DNA of 64,000 nucleotides from positions 172,614-236,613 of the forward strand of contig DATJZP010000061.1 of assembly GCA_035498875.1 (NCBI GenBank), given 5' to 3'. The position numbers and the translations under genes were made by a program. The stretch comes from Myxococcota bacterium. GTDB lineage: Bacteria; Myxococcota_A; UBA9160; SZUA-336. How positions within the stretch are numbered: position 1 is the stretch's first letter; each line of letters opens with the position of its first letter. This document shows, in pieces, positions 9,904-18,576 of this stretch. The notes below the pieces were generated by a model, which saw nothing but the letters and a program-made list of their open reading frames with translations, searched no databases and was not told the origin of the DNA.

Positions 9904-10566
9904 ATGAGCGAGGCAAGCGAGTTCTGGTCGGCGGTCGCGCCGAGATACGACCGGGTGGTGGACGCGCAGATCGGGCCGGGCATGCGCGAGCGCGTGCGTG
10001 CGCGGCTCGAGAAGGAAGGTCTGCTCGGGCGGGTGGTGGAGCTGGGCTGCGGGACCGGGTTCTTCACCGGCGTCCTGGCGCAGCGCGCGGAGTCGGTCGT
10101 GGCGAGCGATCTCTCGCCCGGCATGGTCGAGGTCGCGCGCAGCGCGGTGCGCGCGCCGAACGTTCGTTTCCAGTGCGAAGACTGTGAGCGGACTTCGTTC
10201 GCCGATGCCGCGTTCGACACGGCGTTCGTGAGTCTCGTGCTGCACTTCACGCGCCCGGAGCTCGCAGTGCGCGAGCTGGCGCGGATCCTGCGGCCGGGCG
10301 GAATGCTGATCGTCGCCAATCTGGGGGCACGCGAGCTGAGTGGCGTATCGCGGCTGCGCGCGCAGGTCCGGATCTTGTTCCAAGGAGTCACGGGCTACCG
10401 CCGGCGTCCGCCGCCGGGACTCGGCCGCAGCGTCCTCCGCGCCGGCGAGCTGCGCGCGCTGCTCGAGCGCACGGGCTTCGCAGTCACCGACCTCGAGACG
10501 CTGCGCGACCGGATGCACTCGTCGACGATCCCGATCGACTATCTGCGTGCGGTGAAGGCCCCTTGA
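9904..10566 (+). CDS. Class I SAM-dependent methyltransferase
   Basis: Motif I is VVELGCGTGFFT. A post-I acidic residue and LRPGGMLIV are present. Confidence 0.8.
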   Translation: MSEASEFWSAVAPRYDRVVDAQIGPGMRERVRARLEKEGLLGRVVELGCGTGFFTGVLAQRAESVVASDLSPGMVEVARSAVRAPNVRFQCEDCERTSFADAAFDTAFVSLVLHFTRPELAVRELARILRPGGMLIVANLGARELSGVSRLRAQVRILFQGVTGYRRRPPPGLGRSVLRAGELRALLERTGFAVTDLETLRDRMHSSTIPIDYLRAVKAP

Positions 10567-10925
10567 AGATCGTCGCGATCGACCACGTGCAGCTCGCGAT
10601 GCCGGCCGGGCGCGAGGCGGAGGCTCGCCGCTTCTACTCCGAGCTGCTGGGCCTGCCCGAGGTGGCGAAGCCCCCGGAGCTGGCCAAGCGCGGCGGCGTG
10701 TGGTTCGAGAGCGCGCACGTGAAGATCCACCTGGGCGTGGAGGGCGACTTCCGGCCGGCGCAGAAGGCGCACCCGGCGCTCGTGGTCGACGGCCTCGCCG
10801 AGCTGGCGGGCCGGCTGCGCGCCGCGGGCTTTCGAGTGACCGACGACCCGCACCCCGACGGCCGGGCGCGCAGCTACGCGGACGACCCGTTCGGGAACCG
10901 GCTGGAGCTGATCTCGTTGAGCTGA
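10563..10925 (+). CDS. VOC/glyoxalase family protein
   Basis: Sequence MKIVAIDHVQLAMPAGREAEARRFYSELLGL...DPFGNRLELI. It overlaps the upstream gene by 4 nt. Confidence 0.8.
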   Translation: MKIVAIDHVQLAMPAGREAEARRFYSELLGLPEVAKPPELAKRGGVWFESAHVKIHLGVEGDFRPAQKAHPALVVDGLAELAGRLRAAGFRVTDDPHPDGRARSYADDPFGNRLELISLS

Positions 10926-10951
10926 CTCGCCCGGGCGCCGATGGGAGGCCC

Positions 10952-11275
10952 ATGCAGACGTCGACCACGTTCGAGATCGCGGGAGCCCGGACCGTGCGCA
11001 GCCTGGGGCTGGTGCGGGGCATCACCGTGCGCACGCGGGCCCTGCCGGTGAGCATCCTGGGCAGCCTGCGCACGCTGTTCGGCGGGCGCGCGGGGATCTT
11101 CGCCAACCTGTGTGAGTCGGCGCGCGCCGAGTCGTTCGAGCTGATGATGCGCCACGCGCGCGAGCTGGGCGCGAACGCGGTCGTGGGCGTGCGCTACGAC
11201 ACCGGTCCGATGGTCGGTGCGGCCGAGGTGCTGTGTTACGGCACGGCGGTGGTGATCGAAGAGCTGCCTCACTGA
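10952..11275 (+). CDS. YbjQ/UPF0145 family protein
   Basis: The ATG at 10952 gives MQTSTTFEIAGARTVRSLGLVRGITVRTR...ELGANAVVGVRYD, typical of this family. Confidence 0.8.
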   Translation: MQTSTTFEIAGARTVRSLGLVRGITVRTRALPVSILGSLRTLFGGRAGIFANLCESARAESFELMMRHARELGANAVVGVRYDTGPMVGAAEVLCYGTAVVIEELPH

Positions 11276-11305
11276 GGCGTCCGTCGTGACTCGCGCGCAC
11301 GGGGG

Positions 11306-11827
11306 ATGCATACTCCGAGCGTGACCCGCTCGCTGGCGGAAACCCTGATCCGACCCGTCGCTTATCCGTTGCTCGGACTCGCAGTGACGGGCTTCGTCAC
11401 CTGCCTCGTCTTTCATCTCCTCGCATTTCTAGGAGGGCCGCTTCCGTCCGCGGAGCTGGATCGCGTGCTGACGATTGGCGTGCTCGTCGTGTGGTTTCCT
11501 GCGCTGCTGATCGGAGCACAGATCACCAGCGGAACGAAGCGCCCCGAGATCTTGCAGGCGATGCTCCGAGGTTGCCCGAAGTGGATGGTTCACGGGGTCG
11601 TCGGGCTCAGCATCTACGTCCTGCTGTGCGGCATCTTGTCGTCGAATCACGAGGCGAATGCCTTCGCCATCAGGATGAGCTTCTACTTCTTCGGCAGCGC
11701 GATCTCGTACTCGGCGACACGAGTCGAGCACATCGGGCCGCGCCGCTGTCCGCAGGGCCACGAATCGTCCGACTCCGCGAGCTACTGCGACGTCTGCGGC
11801 CAAAAGCTTCCGCCCGCGCCGCTCTAG
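11306..11827 (+). CDS. Membrane protein with C-terminal zinc-ribbon
   Basis: About four hydrophobic segments, then CPQGHESSDSASYCDVCGQKL. Function unknown. Confidence 0.6.
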   Translation: MHTPSVTRSLAETLIRPVAYPLLGLAVTGFVTCLVFHLLAFLGGPLPSAELDRVLTIGVLVVWFPALLIGAQITSGTKRPEILQAMLRGCPKWMVHGVVGLSIYVLLCGILSSNHEANAFAIRMSFYFFGSAISYSATRVEHIGPRRCPQGHESSDSASYCDVCGQKLPPAPL

Positions 11828-14800
11828 CGGAAGTCGTGCGAGCGGGGCAGCAGGTCGCCCTGGAAGCGCGGGTCGATGCGCTCGAAGCGGCGCGCGCGCA
11901 CGTGGATGACTCCGTCCTGGTTCTGCACCGGACCTTCGACGATCAAGAGACCTGCGGTCTGCACCAGCGCGCGGTGTCTCTGGAACATGTCGGGCACGAC
12001 GATCGCGTTCGAGGTGCCGGTCTCGTCCTCGAGCGTGAGGAACAGGAAGCCCTTCGCCGTGCCGGGGCGCTGGCGCACGATCACCGCGCCGGCGATGCGC
12101 ACCCAGCTGCCGTCGGGCGCGCCGCGCAGCTCCGCGGCCGAGAGCACGCCGCGCGCGCGCAGTGAGTCGCGGAAATGACTCAAGAGGTGCGGGCCGGTGG
12201 TCAGGCCCGTGCCGCGGTAGTCGGCCACGGTGGTTTCGAAGGGGTTCATCTCCTCGAGCGGTGAGGGCGTGGCCGAACTGGCGCCCGAGAGCAGGCCGCC
12301 CTGAAGCGCGGCCACCTGCCAGAGCGCCTCGCGCCGGTCGAGGCCGAGGCTCGCGCAGGCGCCGATCGAGGCCAGCTTGTCGAGTTCGTCGCGGTGCAGC
12401 TCGCAGCGGTGCGCCAGGTCGCCCAGTGACTCGAAAGGGGACTCTGCCGCGACGCGCTGGCCCACCGCCTCGCGCAGGCCGTCGACGTAGCGCAGGCCCA
12501 GCCGGACCTCGCCGGCGTCGGTCACGAAGCACAGCCAGTCGCTCTCCTGCACGTCGATCGGCAAGGTGCGCACGCCGTGGCGCTGCGCGTCCTGCACCAG
12601 CGTGGCCGGGCTGTAGAAGCCGAGCGGCCATTGGTTCAGCATCGCGCAGAGGAAGCAGGCGGGGTGGTGCGCGCGGATGTAGGCCGAGGCGTAGGCCAGC
12701 AGCGCGAAGCTCGCGGCGTGACTCTCGGGGAAGCCGTAGAGCGCGAACGAGCCGATCTGCTTCACGATCTCTTCCTGCGCGTCGGGGGCGACACCGCGCT
12801 GTGTCATGCCCGCGCGCAGCTTGCGCTCGATCTCGCCCATGCGCTCGACCGAGCGCTTGAAGCCCATGGCGCGGCGCAGCTCCTCGGCCTCGCCGCCCGA
12901 GAAGCCGGCGATGGTCATGGCCATGCGCAGGAGCTGCTCCTGGAACAGCGGCACGCCCAGCGTGCGTTTCAGGATCGGCTCGAGGTCGGGGTGGGCGTAA
13001 GTCACAGCCTCGCGGCCCGCGCGCCGCTTCAGGTAGGGCTGCACCATCTCGCCGGTGATCGGCCCGGGCCGGATGATCGCGACCTCGACCACCAGGTCGT
13101 AGAACGAGGTCGGCTTCATGCGCGGCAGGGTGGCCATTTGCGCGCGGCTCTCGACCTGGAATACGCCCGCGGTGTCTCCCGCCTGCAGCATCGCGTAGGT
13201 CTTCGGGTCGCCGGCGGGGATCCTGTCGAGCGCGACGTCGGCGCCGTCGTGCGCCTCGACCAGCGGAATCACTTCCTCGAGCACGGCCATCATGCCCAGC
13301 CCGAGCAGGTCGATCTTGATGATGCCCAGGTCCGCGCAGTCGTCCTTGTCCCACTGGATCACGCGCCGGCCCGGCATGCGCGCCGGCTCGAGCGGAACGA
13401 CCGCGTCGAGCCGGCCCTTCGCGATCACCATCCCGCCCGAGTGCTGGCCCAGGTGTCTCGGCAGGTTCTGCGTCTCGTGCACGAGCCGCACCAGGTGGCG
13501 CACGCGCGGCGCGTCGGGATGTACGCCCGACTCGCGCAGCTGGCGCTCGAGCGCGTCGTTCTCGTCGGTGAACTCGTGGCGCGAGAGCAGCTTCGCCAGC
13601 CGGTCGATCTGCTCGTTCGCCAGCCCCAAGACCTTGCCCATCTCGCGCACGGCGCTCTTCGAGCGGTAGGTGATCACGTTCGCGGTCATGCCCGCGCCGT
13701 TCACACCGTAGCGCTCGTACACGTACTGCAGGATCTCCTCGCGTCGGTCGCCCGACGGCAGGTCGATGTCGATGTCGGGCCACTCACCGCGTTCCTCGGA
13801 CAGGAAGCGCTCGAACAAGAGCTCGTAGCGCACCGGGTCGATGGCGGTGATGCCGAGCGCGTAACACACGATCGAGTTGGCGGCCGAGCCGCGCCCCTGA
13901 CACAAGACGCCGCGTGCGCGGCACTCGCGCACGACGTCCCACACGATCAGGAAGTAGCCCTCGAGCGCGAGCCGGCCGATGATGCCGAGCTCGTGCTCGA
14001 GCTGCGTCTTCGCCTGCTCGGGAACTTTGCCGCCGTAGCGCTCGCGCGCGCCCTCGAAGGCCAGCCGGCGCAGCAGGGCGGGCAGTGACTCGTTGCCGCT
14101 CGGGAACTCGGGGAACTCGTAGCCCAGGTCCTCGAGCTGGAAGGCGCAGCGCTCGGCCAGCGCGAGCGTGTTCGCGAGCGCCGCGGGCAGATCGGCGAAG
14201 CGCCGTGCAGTCTCTGCGGCGGAATGGATGTGGCGCTCCGCGTTGGGCAGGAGCAGCCGCCCCGCATCGTCGAGCCGCACGCCGTGGGCCACGCAGCTGA
14301 AGGCGTCGAGCAGACGCTTGCCCTCGGGGTAGGCATGGCGCACGTCGCCGGTCGCGAGCGGTGAGACACCGGTGGCCAGGAGCTTGCGGTTCGCGCGCTC
14401 CTCGTCCGGATCGCAGTGGCGCCAGATCTCTCCGAAAGTGTCTCGCGCTCCGAAGGTGTCGCGAACGGGAGTCACCAATCCGGGCTCGCGCACGATCGCG
14501 CTCAGCCCGTCCGAGTGCTCGCGCAGCTCGTCCCAGGTGACCCGGCTGTGCGGCTTCTCGACCCGCGCATGACCCAGGGTGAGCAGCTTGCACAGGTTCT
14601 GGTAGCCCGTGCGATCGCGGACCAAGAGAGTGACTCGCCCACCGTCGGGCGGTGGATCGCTCTTCCGGCGCCGCTTCGCCCCGGCCACCAGGTGTACGCG
14701 CGCGCCGCAGATCGCCCGCGCGCCGAGCGCACGCGCGGCGCGGTGGAAGCGCGGCAGTCCGTAGACGCCGTGCGCGTCCGCGAGCGCGAGCACGCCGTGC

Positions 14801-14904
14801 CCGAGCTCCGCCGCGCGTGCGATCAGGTCCTCGGGCGCAGAGCTCGCTTCGAGAAAGCTGAAGGCACTACGTGTACTTAGCTCGATGAAAGGGGGTGAGG
14901 TCAT
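11824..14904 (-). CDS. dnaE2: Error-prone DNA polymerase III alpha paralog DnaE2 (ImuC)
   Basis: 1026 aa. The PHP N-terminus reads FIELSTRSAFSFLEASSAPEDLIARAAELGHGVLALADAHGVYG. A Pol III alpha core is present. The size and the lack of a tau/beta-binding tail are typical of DnaE2. Confidence 0.9.
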   Translation of the reverse strand: MTSPPFIELSTRSAFSFLEASSAPEDLIARAAELGHGVLALADAHGVYGLPRFHRAARALGARAICGARVHLVAGAKRRRKSDPPPDGGRVTLLVRDRTGYQNLCKLLTLGHARVEKPHSRVTWDELREHSDGLSAIVREPGLVTPVRDTFGARDTFGEIWRHCDPDEERANRKLLATGVSPLATGDVRHAYPEGKRLLDAFSCVAHGVRLDDAGRLLLPNAERHIHSAAETARRFADLPAALANTLALAERCAFQLEDLGYEFPEFPSGNESLPALLRRLAFEGARERYGGKVPEQAKTQLEHELGIIGRLALEGYFLIVWDVVRECRARGVLCQGRGSAANSIVCYALGITAIDPVRYELLFERFLSEERGEWPDIDIDLPSGDRREEILQYVYERYGVNGAGMTANVITYRSKSAVREMGKVLGLANEQIDRLAKLLSRHEFTDENDALERQLRESGVHPDAPRVRHLVRLVHETQNLPRHLGQHSGGMVIAKGRLDAVVPLEPARMPGRRVIQWDKDDCADLGIIKIDLLGLGMMAVLEEVIPLVEAHDGADVALDRIPAGDPKTYAMLQAGDTAGVFQVESRAQMATLPRMKPTSFYDLVVEVAIIRPGPITGEMVQPYLKRRAGREAVTYAHPDLEPILKRTLGVPLFQEQLLRMAMTIAGFSGGEAEELRRAMGFKRSVERMGEIERKLRAGMTQRGVAPDAQEEIVKQIGSFALYGFPESHAASFALLAYASAYIRAHHPACFLCAMLNQWPLGFYSPATLVQDAQRHGVRTLPIDVQESDWLCFVTDAGEVRLGLRYVDGLREAVGQRVAAESPFESLGDLAHRCELHRDELDKLASIGACASLGLDRREALWQVAALQGGLLSGASSATPSPLEEMNPFETTVADYRGTGLTTGPHLLSHFRDSLRARGVLSAAELRGAPDGSWVRIAGAVIVRQRPGTAKGFLFLTLEDETGTSNAIVVPDMFQRHRALVQTAGLLIVEGPVQNQDGVIHVRARRFERIDPRFQGDLLPRSHDFR

Positions 14905-14924
14905 GGCGCAGCAGGATCTCCCGC

Positions 14925-14954
14925 GATTTTCGCCGAATTTTCGCTCTGGTCAAG
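14925..14954 (-). promoter_or_regulatory. Candidate operator/promoter of dnaE2: direct repeat GCGAAAAT-N3-GCGAAAATCG next to a TTGACC hexamer
   Basis: The plus strand reads GATTTTCGCCGAATTTTCGCTCTGGTCAAG. The ATTTTCGC units lie at 14926-14933 and 14937-14944, an 11-bp period. Nearly the same element occurs upstream of imuB at 34171-34202. Confidence 0.55.
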
Positions 14955-14982
14955 AAAATCCTCACTTACCGATAGGTCTGCC

Positions 14983-15621
14983 GTGAAGGATGTTGCCGCA
15001 AAGATTCTCAACTCGAGTTACGAGGTCGTAGCTGTTCTTGTGCCAGGCCTCCTGAGTCTCGCAGCACTGGCCTTTCCGCTTCTGTTGCTCGTTCAACTCA
15101 GTGGCCTCAGTGTCTTACCGTCGTCATTTCCATCTGATCCCAACGCCGCTCTATGCATTTCGATCATGACGTTGGCCTATCTCTATGGTCGTCTCCTACA
15201 GGCGAGCGTCCGTGCCTACCCTGAATGTGTCAAAGAGTTCCTTTCGAAACGCTCGATGCGAGTCAGGCTCTTCCTCCTCGATCTGCCAAGCGGGCCTTCG
15301 ATCGGAGGTGATTGGGAGCCACAGTGGAAGTCACTCTGTGGATGGCTGAGCCTGCCGAGAGACGCGACTTGGAAGCAGTTCTACCTAACCGCTCGAGCTC
15401 GATTGCAGCAGAGTGAAAAGACGAGTCTGCTGCCAACGTTTCAAGGCAAGTACACCTTGAACAGGTCACTCGCCCGTGGCCTCGGGATAGCTATCTGGGT
15501 GGAGGCATTCGCAGGAGTCGGGGAAACCATCATCGCAGAGGCCACCGCTCTTTGCAGTGCTTCGTTCGAGAATGAGAGGCCCCCTCGGATCGACGTCGCG
15601 CCGCGAAACCCGGCGACGTAG
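14983..15621 (+). CDS. Hypothetical membrane protein encoded in a low-GC (~52%) patch
   Basis: 212 aa with an N-terminal hydrophobic segment VVAVLVPGLLSLAALAFPLLLLVQL. Composition is clearly atypical for the window. I recognise no family. Confidence 0.5.
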   Translation: MKDVAAKILNSSYEVVAVLVPGLLSLAALAFPLLLLVQLSGLSVLPSSFPSDPNAALCISIMTLAYLYGRLLQASVRAYPECVKEFLSKRSMRVRLFLLDLPSGPSIGGDWEPQWKSLCGWLSLPRDATWKQFYLTARARLQQSEKTSLLPTFQGKYTLNRSLARGLGIAIWVEAFAGVGETIIAEATALCSASFENERPPRIDVAPRNPAT

Positions 15622-15632
15622 CTTCTCCGGAA

Positions 15633-16397
15633 TCAGATTGAGATCCCGAGGCGCTGCGCGAGCGCGCTGCACCACTCGTCGGCCGTCTCCGACACGTAGC
15701 CGCGATCCAGCGTTCCCAGCAGTCCGTGCTTCTTCGGCGCGCTGAAGAGCCAGCTGCGGTCCGTGCGGAGTGACTCGAGCGGGATGCCGGCGAAGCGCGC
15801 AATCTCGTCGCTGCGTTTGCCGATCTCGCTGGTCTCGATCACCAGCAGGCGCGCGGGCGGAACCGCCTCGAGCACGCGCCGGTTGTGGGCGGCCCAGAGC
15901 TGGAAGTAACAGGCCAGCGGCGGGAAGCCGTGCTCCGTGAGTGGCGCGTCGAAGCGGGTCGGCTGGAACTCGGCGACTCGCAGGCGCAGCCGGTCGAGCT
16001 CGGCCCATGGCGACGCCGGATCCACGGGCCGGCTCAGATTGTGATCGAGCCAGGAGTCGCACCACGAGCGCGGCTCGCGCACGGTCAGCACGAACTGCTT
16101 GTCGGGGCAGGCTCGGACCAGCGGATGGATCAGGAGCCCCGCGAGGCTGGAGGACTCCATCTCGAGCCAGAAGTCGCGGTCGCGTTCCCGCAGGATGCGG
16201 CGCGCCCGAGACTCGCTGACGCCGCCCCGCAACAGTCCGATCGCGAGCGGCAGGCGTGTCTCGGCGTCGGGGTGGTGGGCGCTGCGAAAGCCCTCGAACA
16301 GGCCCGCCATCGAATGAGTCCCTGTCTTGGACAGGCCGCAGCAGCACAGGTTGGCGCGGCGGGGGCGAAGGATGGGCTTCAGCGCCCGAGCCGCCAT
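15633..16397 (-). CDS. Sulfotransferase family protein
   Basis: The ATG at 16397 gives MAARALKPILRPRRANLCCCGLSKTGTHSMAGLF, a 5-prime PSB-like KTGT motif. The N-terminal 160 aa of ORF 15633..16889 overlap the plus-strand GGCT gene and were rejected. Confidence 0.6.
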   Translation of the reverse strand: MAARALKPILRPRRANLCCCGLSKTGTHSMAGLFEGFRSAHHPDAETRLPLAIGLLRGGVSESRARRILRERDRDFWLEMESSSLAGLLIHPLVRACPDKQFVLTVREPRSWCDSWLDHNLSRPVDPASPWAELDRLRLRVAEFQPTRFDAPLTEHGFPPLACYFQLWAAHNRRVLEAVPPARLLVIETSEIGKRSDEIARFAGIPLESLRTDRSWLFSAPKKHGLLGTLDRGYVSETADEWCSALAQRLGISI

Positions 16398-16454
16398 TCG
16401 CCGGGTCGAACGATAGAATCTCGAAATCGGCGAGCTCACGGGGGTCATTCTCTC

Positions 16455-16796
16455 ATGCCACTTCTCTTCTCGTACGGGACACTCCAGCAGGAGGGCGTGC
16501 AGCTCTCCACGTTTGGTCGTCTGCTGCGCGGGGAAAGTGACGAGCTCGTCGGCTTCGAGCAGTCTCTGGTGCGGATCGAGGACCCCGAGGTCGTGAAGAC
16601 CAGCGGCAAGACCCACCATCCGATCGTGAAGCGCAGCGTTTGCGATGAGAGCCGTGTGAGTGGCACCGTGTTCGAGGTCAGCGAGCAGGAGCTCGCCAAC
16701 GCGGACGAGTACGAGGTGGCGGCCTACAAACGGATCTCCGCGCGGCTCGCCTCGGGGAAAAATGCGTGGGTGTATGTCGATGCGCGCTTCGCGTAG
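16455..16796 (+). CDS. Gamma-glutamylcyclotransferase (GGCT/AIG2-like) family protein
   Basis: MPLLFSYGTLQQEGVQLSTFGR...VSGTVFEVSEQELANADEYE is the typical YGTL ... E core. Only the last 113 aa of ORF 15885..16796 are coding. Confidence 0.75.
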   Translation: MPLLFSYGTLQQEGVQLSTFGRLLRGESDELVGFEQSLVRIEDPEVVKTSGKTHHPIVKRSVCDESRVSGTVFEVSEQELANADEYEVAAYKRISARLASGKNAWVYVDARFA

Positions 16797-17325
16797 GGCG
16801 CTCGTCGTGCTCGCAGCCGTGCTGCTCGCAGCATCACCCGCCGCGAAGATCTCGCGCTCGCCAGTCCTCATCCGCAACGGCCCGAACAAGATCGACTTTG
16901 CCGGCGATGGGAGTCACGGCCTCATCGTCAAGGCACACCGCGAGAACGGCAACGCGCACAGCTTCGAAGCCGTGTCGTTCTATCTGCTCGTAGAAGACTC
17001 GTGGAACATCGTGCCGATCGGTTGGGGAGAGGGCGAGCAGGACATGCTGCGAATCGCGGGCGGGGCCGACTGCGTGCTGCACGACTTCAGGCTCCTGCCC
17101 GGCGGCAAGGACCAGCCCGCCACCTTGATTCTCGCGGATCGCGAGATCGGCGAGAGCTTCGCAGACACTCGAGACGTGACGTTCACCTGGTACTCACTGG
17201 TCCACAACCTCCACGACCAGGATCCGCTGGGTCCCAACTACTACTTCCAGAAGTCCCGAACCGAGACGTCAAAGAAGCCGTACTGCGATGTCGAAGAGGC
17301 CTTCAAGGAAGAGCTCCAGTATTGA
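16774..17325 (+). CDS. Secreted hypothetical protein
   Basis: The signal peptide is MSMRASRRALVVLAAVLLAASPAA. I recognise no family. Confidence 0.6.
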   Translation: MSMRASRRALVVLAAVLLAASPAAKISRSPVLIRNGPNKIDFAGDGSHGLIVKAHRENGNAHSFEAVSFYLLVEDSWNIVPIGWGEGEQDMLRIAGGADCVLHDFRLLPGGKDQPATLILADREIGESFADTRDVTFTWYSLVHNLHDQDPLGPNYYFQKSRTETSKKPYCDVEEAFKEELQY

Positions 17326-17900
17326 CCCCTGGCACGGACATCGAGATCAGCGCACGGCTCGAGATCACTCGCTCGCTCGAAGGCGGTGAGTCACTCCTGT
17401 GGACGGGTGTGCCCAGGCAGGGACTCTTTCTGCGGGCAGCCGACGTGCTGATGATCCCGTTCAGCCTGATCTGGGGCGGCTTCGCGTTCTTCTGGGAATG
17501 GGGCGTGCTCCACAGCGCCGCCCCGTTCTTCTTCCGGCTGTGGGGCATTCCGTTCGTCGCGGCGGGTGTCTACATCATTTTGGGCCGGTTCTTCGCCGAC
17601 TCGTACGCGCGCTCGAAGACCTGCTACGGACTCACCGATCGCCGGGTCCTGGTCCGCTCGGGTGTGTTCTCGCGCGCCACCAACTCGCTGCCGCTGCGGA
17701 CGCTGAACGGAATCACACTGCGCGAGCGCGCGGACGGCACGGGCACGATCAGCTTCGGCACACCGAACCCGTTCTCGAGCTGGTACGCCGGCAGCAGCTG
17801 GCCGGGCATGGGGCGCTACCAGGTCCCGAGCTTCGACCAGATCCCGGACGTGAAACGCGTTCACGATCAAATCCTCGAGGCGCAGCGCAAGGCCCGCTGA
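17322..17900 (+). CDS. Membrane protein with bacterial PH (YdbS/YdbT-like) domain
   Basis: TTG at 17322 overlaps the upstream stop as TTGA. A two-TM hairpin (IPFSLIWGGFAFFWEW..FFFRLWGIPFVAAGVYIILG) is followed by YGLTDRRVLVRSGVFSRATNSLPLRTLNGITL. Confidence 0.6.
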   Translation: MTPGTDIEISARLEITRSLEGGESLLWTGVPRQGLFLRAADVLMIPFSLIWGGFAFFWEWGVLHSAAPFFFRLWGIPFVAAGVYIILGRFFADSYARSKTCYGLTDRRVLVRSGVFSRATNSLPLRTLNGITLRERADGTGTISFGTPNPFSSWYAGSSWPGMGRYQVPSFDQIPDVKRVHDQILEAQRKAR

Positions 17901-17967
17901 GAACTTCTCGAAGCGCGTTGTCGGCCCCGGGCTTGCTCGTTCGTCTACTCCATGGGAGGAGACGCAC

Positions 17968-18465
17968 ATGGCCACGCTGCAGATGATCAGCCCCTGCCTC
18001 TGGTTCGACGGCCAGGCCGAGCAGGCCGCGCAGTTCTACACTTCGATCTTCCCGGACTCGAAGATCCTCACGGTCTCCCGCTACGGTGAGTCCGGCCAGG
18101 AAGTGCACGGCCAGAAGCCCGGCACGGCCATGCTGGTCGAGTTCACGCTCGACGGCCAGAAGTTCAGCGCGCTGAATGGCGGACCGCAGTTCAGATTCAG
18201 CGAAGCCATCTCGTTCATGGTGAGCTGCGAGACACAGGTCGAGGTCGATCGCTTCTGGTCGAAGCTCTCCGAGGGCGGCGACCCGAATGCGCAGCAGTGT
18301 GGCTGGCTGAAGGATCGCTTCGGCCTCTCCTGGCAGATCGTCCCGCGCGTGCTCGGCGAGCTGATGAGTGACCCCGACCCCGCGCGCGCCGGGCGGACCA
18401 TGCAGGCGATGCTGAAGATGAAGAAGCTCGACATTGCTGCCTTGAAGCGCGCGCACGCCGGATAG
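17968..18465 (+). CDS. VOC family protein (PhnB / 3-demethylubiquinone-9 3-methyltransferase-domain type)
   Basis: Sequence MATLQMISPCLWFDGQAEQAAQFYTSIFPDSKI...CGWLKDRFGLSWQIVP. Confidence 0.8.
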   Translation: MATLQMISPCLWFDGQAEQAAQFYTSIFPDSKILTVSRYGESGQEVHGQKPGTAMLVEFTLDGQKFSALNGGPQFRFSEAISFMVSCETQVEVDRFWSKLSEGGDPNAQQCGWLKDRFGLSWQIVPRVLGELMSDPDPARAGRTMQAMLKMKKLDIAALKRAHAG

Positions 18466-18576
18466 GGTGTTATCGTCTCGGCTCTCCAGGGAGCCTCTAC
18501 GCCAACCTCCGAGTCCCCTCTCAGCGATCGCTTCAGCGAGGCCCTCGCGCTCGCGGCGCGCATCCATCGGGGCGAC

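Noticed and set aside
15885-16454. Upstream 190 aa of plus-strand ORF 15885..16796, as an N-terminal extension of the GGCT protein.
   Set aside because: This part lies antisense to the sulfotransferase gene and is Arg/Gly/Ala-rich. The GGCT family core starts at MPLLFSYGTL (16455).
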